Notes under the pieces: model-generated | Seen by the model: the letters and a program-made list of their open reading frames with translations, nothing else | What the model was told of the DNA's origin: nothing | Databases searched by the model: none | From: Hyalangium minutum | GTDB taxonomy: Bacteria > Myxococcota > Myxococcia > Myxococcales > Myxococcaceae | Length of the DNA: 62,000 nucleotides | Assembly (NCBI RefSeq): GCF_000737315.1 | Contig: NZ_JMCB01000013.1 | Location: 144,001-206,000 of the forward strand | Reading direction: 5' to 3' | Position numbers and translations under genes: made by a program | In this document: one piece after another, positions 39,859 to 53,205 of the stretch | Layout of the letters: every line of letters begins with the position of its first letter | Position numbering within the stretch: the first letter of the stretch is position 1

Positions 39859-42264
39859 ATGGCGCCTCACTTCCGGATGAAGAACTTTCTCTCGCGCCAT
39901 CGCTTCGAGGTGCTCGCCCTCGGCCTCGCCGTCCTCTTCGGCTTCCTGCATGTGTGGGTGGATGACGCCCCCGTCATTGGCAGCCGGGTCGATGACAAGG
40001 CCGCGCCCCTGCTCATCCGGGCCCTCCAGGCCGCCGAAGGCCGCATCACTGATCTCCAGTTCGCTCTCCGAGGCCGCCGCCCCGCCCACCCGGATGTCGT
40101 CGTCGTCGCCGTGGACGAGAAGAGTGCCCAGCGTTACGGCCTCTGGCCCTGGCCGAGAGATCTCCTGGCCCGCGCAATGGACCGGCTCCGAGAGGCAGGG
40201 GCCGGGGCTGTCGGCCTCGACATGATCTTTGCCGACGAGGTGGTCGACCGGCGCGCCCAGGCCTACGCCGGAGCGCTCGAGGAGCTGGATCGGGCGCTCT
40301 CCCAGGGCTCCCCCGAGAGCGCCGCCGCCCTGGCCGCTTACCGCGAGGAACTGAGCCGGCGGGCCGCCGTCAACACGGACTCCATCCTCGCCGCGTCCCT
40401 CAACCGCTTCCCTCAGGTCGTCCAAGGCATCGTCGTCTATCCCCCGAAGGAACGGGCGCGGTTCGCCAGCAAGGCCGAGGAGTGGACCCGGCTCCTTGAA
40501 CCTCACCTGATCCGCGAATTCCCGGGCGAGATCGCCGGGTCTTCACTCACGCACAAGGTAGACCTCGCCACGCTTCGCAGCTGGCGCATGGACTCCGCGC
40601 AGCTCCCGCTGTCCCTGTTCGCCGAGGCCAGCCGGCACCTGGGGTTCTTCAACTCCGCCGTGGATCCCGACGGCACCTTGCGCCGCATGCCCCTGTTCGC
40701 CTTGCTGGAGCGCCCGCGCGGGCTGGCCGTCTCGTTGGAGCTCCAGACGGCGGCCGCCTACCTGGGCGCCCAGGTCGAGCCGGTGGCAGACCCCGCCCAG
40801 AACCAAATCATCGGCGCCCGCTTCCGCCGCCCGGACGGAAAGCTGCTGCCCCTGCGCGTGCCCCTGCCGCACGACGAGCCCTTCTGGCTCATCAACTACC
40901 CGGGGCCTGCCAGCAGCTTCGTCACCCTGAGCCTGTCGGACGTGGTGGACGGCGCCTTTGACCCCGCGGCAGTGCGCGGCAAGGCGGTGCTCGTGGGCGT
41001 GACGCTGGTGGGCAACTACGACCAGCGCGTTACCCCCTTCAATGAATTCGAGTCCGGCGTCTACATCCACGCCGCCGCGCTCTCCAACATCCTCTCCCAG
41101 GACTTCCTCTTCCGGCCCCAGGAGACCCAGCCGCTCGAGCTACTCTTCATGCTCGGCACGGCCCTGCTATTGGCCCGCCTCCTGCCCCGGGTGCGCTTCG
41201 CCTGGAAGCTGGGCTCCGTGGCGCTGCTCATCACCGTGTGGCTCGTCGTGGATCAGGTTCTCTTCACCCGCGGCATCCAGGTGGCCACGGTGATGCCCCT
41301 GGTCAGCCTCATCACCTCGGCCTTCGCCGTCATCTTCCTGGGCTACTTCTCCGTGGATGCGGAGAAGGCCCAGCTGCACGCCGAGAAAGCCCGTCTGCGC
41401 AAGGCGTTCCAGCACTACCTGGACGCCAGCGTCATGGAGCAGGTGCTCGCCCACCCGGACAAGCTCAAGCTTGGCGGCGAGCGCAAGGAGCTCTCCGTTC
41501 TCTTCTCCGACATCCGCGGCTTCACCACGCTCTCCGAGCACATGACGCCCGAGCAGCTCGTCAGCTTCATCAACCAGTACCTCACCCCCATGACGGATGT
41601 CGTCTTCGCCCAAGGGGGGACGCTCGACAAGTACATCGGCGATGCGATCATGGCCTTCTGGGGCGCTCCGGTGGATCAGCCGGACCACGCCGTGCGTGCC
41701 TGCGCCGCTGCCCTGGGCTTCCTCGAGAAGCTCTCCGGCCTGCGGGCCCGCTGGCGCGCCGCCGGTCTGCCCGAGATGGACATCGGTGTGGGCATCAGCA
41801 GTGGCCTCATGAACGTGGGCCACATGGGCACCGAGAACCGCTTCAACTACACCGTCATGGGGGACGCGGTGAACCTCGCCTCGCGTCTCGAGGGCCTCAA
41901 CAAGGCCTATGACACCCGCATCCTCATCTCCGCCGACACCTATGCCCAGGCGCGTGGCCATATTGCCGCCCGGCGGCTCGGAGTGGTCCGTGTCAAGGGA
42001 AAGCGCGAGCCCACCGACATCTACGAGCTGCGCGCCATGGGCACCCCCGTGGGCCCGGATGCCGAGGCCATCCAGGCTTTCGAGGCCGGTGTGGCCTGCT
42101 TCCTCGCCCGAGACTTCTCAACCGCTGAGATTCACTTCCGCCAGGTGGTGGCCCTCTGGCCCGAGGACGGGCCCAGCCTCCGCTACCTGGAGGAGATCAA
42201 CACCCTGAAGTGGAACCGCCCCGGGCCCGACTGGGACGGGGTGTTCACCGCGACCACGAAGTAG
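39859..42264 (+). CDS. CHASE2-domain class III adenylate cyclase (probable CyaA-like)
   Basis: N-terminal TM, CHASE2 (VVVAVDEKS...WPWPR...DPDG.LR), three TMs; catalytic [16 protein letters not shown] and [17 protein letters not shown] with the Lys/Thr adenine-specifying pair. Start is 39859 or 39877. Confidence 0.93.
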   Translation: MAPHFRMKNFLSRHRFEVLALGLAVLFGFLHVWVDDAPVIGSRVDDKAAPLLIRALQAAEGRITDLQFALRGRRPAHPDVVVVAVDEKSAQRYGLWPWPRDLLARAMDRLREAGAGAVGLDMIFADEVVDRRAQAYAGALEELDRALSQGSPESAAALAAYREELSRRAAVNTDSILAASLNRFPQVVQGIVVYPPKERARFASKAEEWTRLLEPHLIREFPGEIAGSSLTHKVDLATLRSWRMDSAQLPLSLFAEASRHLGFFNSAVDPDGTLRRMPLFALLERPRGLAVSLELQTAAAYLGAQVEPVADPAQNQIIGARFRRPDGKLLPLRVPLPHDEPFWLINYPGPASSFVTLSLSDVVDGAFDPAAVRGKAVLVGVTLVGNYDQRVTPFNEFESGVYIHAAALSNILSQDFLFRPQETQPLELLFMLGTALLLARLLPRVRFAWKLGSVALLITVWLVVDQVLFTRGIQVATVMPLVSLITSAFAVIFLGYFSVDAEKAQLHAEKARLRKAFQHYLDASVMEQVLAHPDKLKLGGERKELSVLFSDIRGFTTLSEHMTPEQLVSFINQYLTPMTDVVFAQGGTLDKYIGDAIMAFWGAPVDQPDHAVRACAAALGFLEKLSGLRARWRAAGLPEMDIGVGISSGLMNVGHMGTENRFNYTVMGDAVNLASRLEGLNKAYDTRILISADTYAQARGHIAARRLGVVRVKGKREPTDIYELRAMGTPVGPDAEAIQAFEAGVACFLARDFSTAEIHFRQVVALWPEDGPSLRYLEEINTLKWNRPGPDWDGVFTATTK

Positions 42265-42317
42265 GCCCCCATCTAAATTTGACCCCGAGGGTGGGGGCTG
42301 CTTGACTCGGTCTCCAG

Positions 42318-42968
42318 ATGGGCGCCGAGGAAACCCTCTTTCAACGTTTCGGCAAGGAGTTCGCCAAGGGCACGGTCCTCTTTCAGGAGGGGGAGCCGGG
42401 CAAGGACATGTTCGTCCTTCAGTCCGGGAAGATCTCCATCTCCAAGAAGGTCCGTGACGTGGAGAAGGTCCTGGCCTTGTTGGGGCCTGGTGAGTTCTTC
42501 GGGGAGATGGCCATCATCTCCAACAAGCCGAGGAACGCCACCGCCACGGTGATGGAGGACGCCAAGCTCCTGGTCATCGACCCGAAGACTTTCGAGGCGA
42601 TGATCCGCGGCAACGCCGAGATCGCCGTGCGGATGATCAAGAAGCTGGCCGAGCGCCTGTCCGAGGCGGACGCCCAGATCGAAAACCTGCTCCTGTCCGA
42701 TCCGGCCAGCCGCGTGGTGCACCAGGTGCTCCAGGTCTGCCAGACGCGCGGCCGGCCCATGGAAGAGGGCATCGAGGTGGACTTCCCCGTGCGCGAGCTG
42801 CCCCGGCTCATCGGCGTGGGCGAGCCGGCCATCCGCCACATGCTGGACCGGCTCGAGCGGGCCGGACTCATCGAGCGCAGTGGTGACAGACTGACCGTGT
42901 ATGACACGGCCCGGCTGCACGACTTCCTCCAGTATCTGGAGATGAAGTGGAAGTTCGGAGACCTCTAG
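42318..42968 (+). CDS. CRP/FNR-family cyclic-nucleotide-binding regulator
   Basis: LFQEGEPG and GPGEFFGEMA...PRNATA cNMP pocket; C-terminal HTH-like segment. Confidence 0.9.
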   Translation: MGAEETLFQRFGKEFAKGTVLFQEGEPGKDMFVLQSGKISISKKVRDVEKVLALLGPGEFFGEMAIISNKPRNATATVMEDAKLLVIDPKTFEAMIRGNAEIAVRMIKKLAERLSEADAQIENLLLSDPASRVVHQVLQVCQTRGRPMEEGIEVDFPVRELPRLIGVGEPAIRHMLDRLERAGLIERSGDRLTVYDTARLHDFLQYLEMKWKFGDL

Positions 42969-42969
42969 G

Positions 42970-43725
42970 GTGAAGCTGCAAGTCCTCGGCTGTCACGGCG
43001 GCGAACTGCCCTCGTGCCGGACCACATGCTTCCTCGTGGATGACGTGCTCGCGCTGGACGCGGGCGCGCTCACGAGCACGCTCACGCTCGATCAGCTGTG
43101 CAAGGTGGACGACATCCTCGTCGGCCACAGCCACTTCGACCATGTGAAGGATCTGCCCCTGCTGGCGGATCTGGTGATTGGCCGCCGGGACTCGCCCGTC
43201 ACCATTCACGCGTCGCGCGAGTGCGCCAAGGCGCTGCGCGACTACATGTTCAACAACTCGTTGTGGCCGGACTTCACCCGCATCCCCACGCGCAAAGAGC
43301 CGGTGCTCCGCATCAAGACGTTCCGCGCCGGGAGCACCTTCGAGGTCGGCCGCTACACCGTGCAGTCCATCCCCGTGAGCCACCCGGTGGAGTCCTGCGG
43401 CTTCGTCGTCTCCCATGGGGGCTCCTCCCTGGCCATGAGCGGCGACACCGGCCCCACCGACAAGCTGTGGCGGGCGCTCAACCAGGTGAAGAACCTCAAG
43501 GCGCTGCTGGTGGAGACCAGCTTCCCCAACGCGCTCCAGGAACTGGCGGACCTGTCCGGCCACCTCACGCCCAAGACGCTCCAGTCCGAGCTCACCAAGT
43601 TCCACCGCAACGGCGCCGAGGTGCTGCTGTACCACCTCAAGCCCGCCTTCGTGAGCCAGCTCAAGCGCGAGCTGGCAGGACTCCCCGTGGAGATCCTTGA
43701 ACTCGGAGATACCTTCGAGTTCTGA
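42970..43725 (+). CDS. Metallo-beta-lactamase-fold 3',5'-cyclic-nucleotide phosphodiesterase (class II-like)
   Basis: VLGCHGG, LDAG, HSHFDH, SHPV, SGDT and YHLK motifs; genomic context. Confidence 0.87.
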   Translation: MKLQVLGCHGGELPSCRTTCFLVDDVLALDAGALTSTLTLDQLCKVDDILVGHSHFDHVKDLPLLADLVIGRRDSPVTIHASRECAKALRDYMFNNSLWPDFTRIPTRKEPVLRIKTFRAGSTFEVGRYTVQSIPVSHPVESCGFVVSHGGSSLAMSGDTGPTDKLWRALNQVKNLKALLVETSFPNALQELADLSGHLTPKTLQSELTKFHRNGAEVLLYHLKPAFVSQLKRELAGLPVEILELGDTFEF

Positions 43726-43786
43726 CGGGGTGCGTTGTACCGGAAGGGTTGACGGCCGCCCCCGGCCAGATTAACCCCGCGCCTCC

Positions 43787-44635
43787 ATGGCATGGTTCTC
43801 CAAGAAGCCCCGTATTTCGACGCGTCAGGAGCCCTCTCAGGAGGAGCCCTCTCGCATGCAAGGCCTCTGGGCCAAGTGCGAGAGCTGTGACGAGATCATC
43901 TATCGCCAGGAGCTGGAGAAGAACTGGATGGTGTGCCCGCACTGCGAGCACCACCACCCCTGGACGGCGCGCTCCCGGCTGGCCGGCCTCCTGGACCCCG
44001 ACACCTTCGAGGAGTTCGACAAGGAGCTGGAGCCCCAGGACCCGCTCGGGTTCGCCGACAGCAAGAAGTACAAGGACCGGCTGAAGTCCACCCGCAAGAA
44101 CCTGGGCGAGAACGACGCCTTCATCTCCGGCGTGGGCCGCATCGACGGCCACCAGATCTCCGTGGGCTGCTTCCTGTTCGAGTTCATGGGCGGCTCCATG
44201 GGCTCGGTGGTGGGTGAGAAGGTGACCCGCGTCTTCGAGCGCGCCCACGAGCTCAAGTGCCCGGCGCTGCTGTTCTCCGCCTCGGGCGGCGCGCGCATGC
44301 AGGAGGGCATCTTCTCCCTCATGCAGATGGCCAAGACGTCCGCGGCCATTGCCCGCTTCCGCACCGGCAACAAGCCCTACATTTCCGTACTTCTGCACCC
44401 GACGACGGGCGGCGTGGCGGCCTCGTTCGCGTGGCTGGGGGACATCATCCTGGCCGAGCCCAAGGCGCTCATCGGCTTCGCGGGTCCCCGCGTCATCGAG
44501 CAGACCATCCGCCAGAAGCTCCCCGAGGGCTTCCAGCGCTCCGAGTTCCTCCTGGAGCACGGGATGATTGACGCCATCGTCGCCCGCAAGGACTTGCGGA
44601 CGAAGCTCGGCCAGGTGCTCGGGCTGGTGGGCTGA
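43787..44635 (+). CDS. accD: Acetyl-CoA carboxylase carboxyltransferase beta subunit
   Basis: CESC...CPHC zinc finger; GGSMGSVVGEK, SGGARMQEG, PTTGGV and GFAGPRVIEQT motifs. Confidence 0.97.
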   Translation: MAWFSKKPRISTRQEPSQEEPSRMQGLWAKCESCDEIIYRQELEKNWMVCPHCEHHHPWTARSRLAGLLDPDTFEEFDKELEPQDPLGFADSKKYKDRLKSTRKNLGENDAFISGVGRIDGHQISVGCFLFEFMGGSMGSVVGEKVTRVFERAHELKCPALLFSASGGARMQEGIFSLMQMAKTSAAIARFRTGNKPYISVLLHPTTGGVAASFAWLGDIILAEPKALIGFAGPRVIEQTIRQKLPEGFQRSEFLLEHGMIDAIVARKDLRTKLGQVLGLVG

Positions 44636-44664
44636 GGCGTTTTCCCGAGGGGGCCCAGCCCCCT

Positions 44665-44738
44665 TGGTGACTGGACTCATCAGCCGATGACTGGAGTCCC
44701 ACGGCACAGGGGCCCCCGGCTGATGACTGGAGTCCCGG
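44665..44738. promoter_or_regulatory. Three copies of the 18-bp palindromic site (putative activator binding sites) upstream of 44926
   Basis: TGGTGAC-TGGA-CTCATCA (44665), CGATGAC-TGGA-GTCCCAC (44685) and TGATGAC-TGGA-GTCCCGG (44721), compared with consensus TGATGAC-N4-GTCATCA. Confidence 0.7.
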
Positions 44739-44845
44739 GAAGCCCTCCCGGGAGGTGAACCGGAAGCCCCTCGAAACCGGCGGCTTCCGAGCGTTCCCCT
44801 CTGAAAAGGGCTCCGTCAGGTGGCGACTGTGGGAGGCCGGAGCCG

Positions 44846-44862
44846 TTGGCACACCTCCTGCT
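44846..44862 (+). promoter_or_regulatory. sigma54 (-24/-12) promoter
   Basis: TTGGCACACCTCCTGCT = TGGCAC with exact GG-N10-GC spacing, 64 bp before the ATG. Confidence 0.8.
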
Positions 44863-44925
44863 CTAGCTCATGCACGTCAACTACCCGCTCTCGCCTCCCC
44901 CGAGAGCATGACCCCTGAGGACGCC

Positions 44926-46077
44926 ATGACCACGATCGCCGCCAACGCCCCCCGCATCCAGCGCTCCAACTCTGCTCCCGTCGCCGCCCCCGCGGCCAAG
45001 CCGGAGCTGAGCCGCACCAACAGCGCGCCGGGCAAGCTGCAGACCCCGGCGGCCACGGCGGCCCAGGCTCCCGCGGCTCAGGCCAAGCCCGCTGCCGCCT
45101 CCGGCATCGGCGCGAAGATTGGCGACAGCTTCAGCAAGGCCGGTGGCTCGGTGAAGGGCTGGTACAACGACTCGTCCAACCGCCTCACCACCAGCCACCA
45201 GAACGGCGGCACGGGCGTGGTGGGCCGGGGACTGGCGGGAGCGGGTCTGGCGGGCGGGCTGGCCGGCATCGGCTCCAACGGCAAGGGCCTGGTGGACGCC
45301 ATCAAGAATGGAGAGGGTGGCCACGCCATCGCGGAGAACGCGCTGGGGCTGGGCCGCAGCATCCTGGGCGCGGCCAAGGGCGGGCTGGACACGGCGGCCG
45401 CGTTCACCTCGGCCAAGGACTTCGGCAAGCTGGCCGAGGCGGCCAAGGGCGCGGTGGCGGGCAAGGGCGGAGCGTTCGCGGGCGCCATCGCCAACGCGGC
45501 GGCCGAGGCGGCGCACAAGGGCGGCCCGCTGCGTCACGCGGACGCGATGGCCTCGGTGCTCAAGGAGAAGGGCGGGGTGGGCGGGCTGATGGCCGGAGGG
45601 AAGATGGCGGTGGCGGACCTGCTGCGTCAGGGCGGCTTCGCCGGAGCGGCCGGGAAGATTGAGAAGGGCGTCATCCAGTCGGGGACGAAGGTGGTGGGCA
45701 ACGCGATTGACGCGGCGCAGCTGACCAAGGGCGCTGGCGCGGCCCTCAAGGGGATTGAGGCGGGGGCCAAGGGCGTGGGCACGGCGGCGAAGGTGGCCGG
45801 CCGCTTCGCGCCGGGCCTGAACATCGGCATCGCGGCGCTGGACGCGGGCATCGCCGCGCGCACCTGGGCCGACCCCAAGTCGAGCACGGCGGCGAAGGTG
45901 ACCTCCACCATCACGGCCGCTGGCTCTGCCGCCGCCGCCACCAACATCCCGATCGTCTCGCAGATCGGCGCGGGCATCTCCGCGGTCTCCTCCATCACCG
46001 GCATGGCCATCGAGAACGCCGGGAAGATCAAGGAGGGCTTCAGCAAGCTGGGCGACAAGATCAAGAGCCTCTTCTAA
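44926..46077 (+). CDS. Ala/Gly-rich hypothetical protein with hydrophobic helices and no signal peptide (translocator/pore-former-like by composition)
   Basis: 383 aa; GAGG RBS; strong GC3; Pro/Ala/Ser-rich N-terminus; hydrophobic segments GLAGAGLAGGLAGIG and PGLNIGIAALDAGIAA...IVSQIGAGISAVSSITGMAI. Confidence 0.82.
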   Translation: MTTIAANAPRIQRSNSAPVAAPAAKPELSRTNSAPGKLQTPAATAAQAPAAQAKPAAASGIGAKIGDSFSKAGGSVKGWYNDSSNRLTTSHQNGGTGVVGRGLAGAGLAGGLAGIGSNGKGLVDAIKNGEGGHAIAENALGLGRSILGAAKGGLDTAAAFTSAKDFGKLAEAAKGAVAGKGGAFAGAIANAAAEAAHKGGPLRHADAMASVLKEKGGVGGLMAGGKMAVADLLRQGGFAGAAGKIEKGVIQSGTKVVGNAIDAAQLTKGAGAALKGIEAGAKGVGTAAKVAGRFAPGLNIGIAALDAGIAARTWADPKSSTAAKVTSTITAAGSAAAATNIPIVSQIGAGISAVSSITGMAIENAGKIKEGFSKLGDKIKSLF

Positions 46078-46127
46078 TCCCTGTCGTACCTACACCCACC
46101 CTCCAGGAGGAGTTCACCACGAACGCC

Positions 46128-46655
46128 ATGCTCGTTCCCGAGCTGGCTGATGTGAGGTGAGGGCGCCGCAGGTCAAGGCGCTCTCGCTGGAGGGATTGGA
46201 AGCAGCCGAGGACGTTGAGCAGCACTTCCTCTCCGAGCCGGTGGCTTGGAGGCAGGAGGTGCTGCTGCACGTTGCGGGCTTCTCGAGCGGCCGCCTCATC
46301 CCCTTTAGCGCCCGTGAGTCGCTCGTCGGCCACCTGCCCAACGAGATGGCGGTGGTGGACCTCACGCTGCCAGCCAAGCACTCCCGCTCGCTTCGTGGTT
46401 CGGGTGTTGGACGAGGTGGCCGCGTGCACCCAGGTGAAGAGCCCCGCCGGGCTCGTGGACCAGAAGATCCTCGTGCCCAGGAGCGCCAGCGAAGGCGCCT
46501 GGGATGATGAACCGGGCGCAGGTCCGCTTCGAGCGCGCTCAAGCCAAGCCGCTGAATGCACCGGGCCGGGAGGCACGCCCGAAGGGCGCCAAAAAACAAC
46601 GGACCGGCGGAGCGCTGAGGCTCCACCGGTCCGCTTGTCTGACAGGTTGGGCTGA
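46128..46655 (+). pseudogene. Doubly frameshifted gene downstream of 44926
   Basis: ATG 46128 reads MLVPELADVR*; a GTGAG tandem duplication (46152-46161) shifts coding into the 46157 frame; near 46390 the high-GC3 frame switches to the 46215 frame (FVVRVLDEVAACTQVK...). The 3' end is uncertain. Confidence 0.6.
46591..46632 (-). terminator. Intrinsic terminator for the 46682-47509 gene
   Basis: GGACCGG(T/C)GGAGC-loop-GCTCC(G/A)CCGGTCC hairpin followed on the minus strand by GTTGTTTTTT. Confidence 0.7.
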
Positions 46656-46681
46656 GGTTCCGCCGGCAGGGCGCCTGCGGA

Positions 46682-47509
46682 CTAGGAGGACTCGCGGCCG
46701 AAGGTCTCCGCCGCCTTGGAGCCGCCACCGTCGTTGGCGTTCAGCGGCACCGTCAGGGCCGCGTTCGACTGGGCCAGGGCCTCGGCGGAGGTCGCGCCCT
46801 TCGCGTCCTCCACGAGCATCATTCCGCCGCTGTTGTGCTTGAACCAGTTCTGATCCACGGCGTTGGTCAGGTGGTTGAAATCCACCCCGTAGCTGGAGCC
46901 GGTGGCCGGATCCTTCACCGTGTAGTTGCCCTTGTCGTCCTTGCCGTCGACCACCACCCAGTGCGCGCCACCGGTCTTGCTCGGGTCGCTGCCCGGGGTG
47001 ATCTGCGCGGAGTCCACCATGGCCATCAGCTTGCCGCCCTTCTTCAGGGTCTCGTCCACGGTGGTCTGGTCGAACTTGAAGGCCGCCTGGTTCACCTTCA
47101 TGCCCTCGCTGCCCAGCATCTTGGCGAGCTCCTGGGCCGAGGTGCCCTTGCCGTCGGTGAACTGGGACTCGAGCTGCGCCATCCGCTGCTCGGCCGAAAC
47201 CCCCGCCACCTGGCCGCGCGAGCCGGCCGCCATCACCGCCGCCGCAGCGCCACAGTTGGTATCCGTGGTCTGCTGGATCACCGGAGCCGAGCCCGAGGGC
47301 GGCAGGGCATCCGCCGAGAACTTCGCCGACCACTCCTGCTGCTGCGTGGAGGCCTGCTCGAAGCCATCCTGGAAGGAGACCGGGGTGGCCGGGGCCTGGG
47401 GAGCGGTGGGAGCAGCCGCGGGCGTGCTCTGCGGCGCGACGGGTGCGCTGGTGTCCTGACGAAGCTGCTGCAGCGCGCGGAAGATGCTGGACGTGATCGA
47501 AGTGCTCAC
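46682..47509 (-). CDS. Peptidase C39-like (papain-fold) cysteine hydrolase with a low-complexity N-terminus
   Basis: QQTTDTNCGAA (Gln, Cys), GAHWVVV (His) and VKDP (Asp); GTG start after an AGGAGAG RBS; no signal peptide or ABC domain. Confidence 0.82.
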   Translation of the reverse strand: MSTSITSSIFRALQQLRQDTSAPVAPQSTPAAAPTAPQAPATPVSFQDGFEQASTQQQEWSAKFSADALPPSGSAPVIQQTTDTNCGAAAAVMAAGSRGQVAGVSAEQRMAQLESQFTDGKGTSAQELAKMLGSEGMKVNQAAFKFDQTTVDETLKKGGKLMAMVDSAQITPGSDPSKTGGAHWVVVDGKDDKGNYTVKDPATGSSYGVDFNHLTNAVDQNWFKHNSGGMMLVEDAKGATSAEALAQSNAALTVPLNANDGGGSKAAETFGRESS

Positions 47510-47620
47510 GGTGCTCTCCTGGAGGTAAGGTGCACGGCGGGTGCTGAATTATCGGGAGGAGGCCTCAAAAAGTTTCCTCTTCCCGCATTCCCTGGCTGTC
47601 AGGGCTTGAGGAGTGCCTAT

Positions 47621-47637
47621 ATCAAAAGGTGTGCCAG
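47621..47637 (-). promoter_or_regulatory. sigma54 (-24/-12) promoter, variant -12 box
   Basis: Minus strand CTGGCACACCTTTTGAT: TGGCAC, GG-N10-GA; shares TGGCACACCT with the 44846 promoter. Confidence 0.6.
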
Positions 47638-47711
47638 GGGGGGGTAAGAATTAAAAAGTGGGAGGCCATTGGAAATTCAGGCGCTTGGCTCCCACATGCC
47701 GAGAGCCCCCC

Positions 47712-47771
47712 CGATGACACCACCCATCAGCTGATGACTGCCGTCATCAGCCCGGCTGCCTCGGGAGGCGC

Positions 47772-47796
<25 letters not shown>
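47712..47796. promoter_or_regulatory. Three copies of the 18-bp palindromic site upstream of the C39-like gene
   Basis: CGATGAC-ACCA-CCCATCA (47712); perfect TGATGAC-TGCC-GTCATCA (47732); perfect TGATGAC-CCGC-GTCATCA (47779). Confidence 0.78.
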
Positions 47797-51895
<4,099 letters not shown>

Positions 51896-51926
51896 CTATC
51901 CCATGGATTCCGCTCGGTGTGCCACC

Positions 51927-52011
51927 TGGTGACAGGACTCATCACGTGGGGCTGGCGTCACCAGGGCTGCTCCTCGGGGAGCCCAGGGAGCGGCCGGGAC
52001 TGGCGTCATCA
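51927..52011. promoter_or_regulatory. Three copies of the 18-bp palindromic site upstream of the SLT gene
   Basis: TGGTGAC-AGGA-CTCATCA (51927; 17/18 identical to 44665); reverse strand TGGTGAC-GCCA-GCCCCAC (51946-51963) and TGATGAC-GCCA-GTCCCGG (51994-52011; 15/18 identical to 44721). Confidence 0.72.
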
Positions 52012-52041
52012 GGCCGCCGGGCCTTCCCCAGGGAAACCGGG

Positions 52042-52058
52042 TTGGCACGGCTGATGCT
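52042..52058 (+). promoter_or_regulatory. sigma54 (-24/-12) promoter
   Basis: TTGGCACGGCTGATGCT = TGGCACG with GG-N10-GC, 72 bp before the ATG. Confidence 0.82.
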
Positions 52059-52129
52059 GTAGGGAGAAATGCCAGCAACGAGGCACTCCTCCTCCCCCAA
52101 CCTTCCTCCTTTCTGAAAAGGACCCCGTC

Positions 52130-52999
52130 ATGAACGTCTCCAACCTCCGCCAGAACCCGAGCCTTCAGACCCTGGATTCCTCTTCCTTCCGCCGCGGTGG
52201 TGTCGAGCAGGGCGGCCTCAAGGGCCTCTTCGGCAAGGGTGGCGGGCTGCAGGAGCTCATCAAGGGCACCCAGGACCTGCTGAAGTCGCTCCAGGCGGTC
52301 GAGAAGCTGATGCAGGGCATGAAGACGGGCGGGATGCAGAAGGCCGCCTCGCCGTCGCAGGGGTGCTCGCCGTCTCCGTTCTCGCAGAGCAGCTTCGCTC
52401 CATCCGCGGGCAAGGCGCCCGTGGAGCTCAACCCGAGCGCCAGCGGCCCGAGCAGCATGGGCGGCACGGGCAGCGCGGGTGGCTCGAGCAGCGTGGGCTC
52501 CGGCGCGGGCATCTCGGGTGACGCGAAGCTGGGCGGCGGCTTCCCCTCGGCCTTGGGCCAGTACAAGAACGCCATCGAGTCCGCGGCGGCCAAGACGGGC
52601 GTTCCGGCCTCCATGCTCGCCGCGCAGATCTGGCAGGAGTCCCGCGGCAACCTGGGCGCCACCTCGACCAACGGCGGCAACGGCCTGACGGACACGGGGC
52701 TGATGCAGATGAACCCCAACACCTTCAAGGAGCTGCAGGGCAAGTACCCGGAGCTGCAGGGCAAGAACCTGGCGGATCCGGAGACGAACATCCTGGCCGG
52801 CGCCTACTACATGAAGGACATGAAGGAGCAGTTCGGGAACTGGGATCTGGCGCTGCGCGCGTACAACTCGGGCCCCAACGGCGTGGACCGCAGCAACCCG
52901 AACGCCATCCCCGCGGGCACCGGTGACGCCACCTACGTGCAGAAGGTGAAGCAGTTCGCGGAGACGATCGCCTCGGGCAAGGGCACGCTGCCCGCGTAG
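52130..52999 (+). CDS. Soluble lytic transglycosylase (SLT) with a Gly/Ser-rich, harpin-like N-terminus
   Basis: WQES (catalytic Glu), GLMQ, NILAGAYY, AYNSG and YVQKV; no signal peptide. Confidence 0.92.
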   Translation: MNVSNLRQNPSLQTLDSSSFRRGGVEQGGLKGLFGKGGGLQELIKGTQDLLKSLQAVEKLMQGMKTGGMQKAASPSQGCSPSPFSQSSFAPSAGKAPVELNPSASGPSSMGGTGSAGGSSSVGSGAGISGDAKLGGGFPSALGQYKNAIESAAAKTGVPASMLAAQIWQESRGNLGATSTNGGNGLTDTGLMQMNPNTFKELQGKYPELQGKNLADPETNILAGAYYMKDMKEQFGNWDLALRAYNSGPNGVDRSNPNAIPAGTGDATYVQKVKQFAETIASGKGTLPA

Positions 53000-53205
53000 T
53001 ACCGCACAGAGAGCGCGGCAAAAAGGCGGGTTCACGTTGCATGAGGATGCCCGATGCCGGGTTCCTCGCAGCGTGGACCCGCTGCCGCATTTCGAGGCTC
53101 ACTCCGGAACGGGGGATTCGCCTGGCTGGACGGCCGCCGGGGGAGCGCCTGCCCTGTGCAAATCCGCCCATCCGGCGCGCTCGGCGCGGTTAGAGTCTGC
53201 GGCCC

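Noticed and set aside
44665-44738. Short repeats (TGACTGGAGTCCC) considered as a CRISPR array, REP or MITE
   Set aside because: Too few and too short, with no regular unique spacers or cas genes; better explained as activator sites.
47620-47680. AT-rich tract and partial IHF-like TATCAA between the C39 promoter and its upstream sites
   Set aside because: The consensus match is incomplete and overlaps the promoter; it may aid bending but cannot be called.
51907-51924. Minus-strand TGGCACACCGAGCGGA, a possible sigma54 promoter for the kinase-EBP operon
   Set aside because: The -24 box is good, but the -12 box is GG with no upstream T's and it abuts the palindrome; autoregulation is possible but unsupported.
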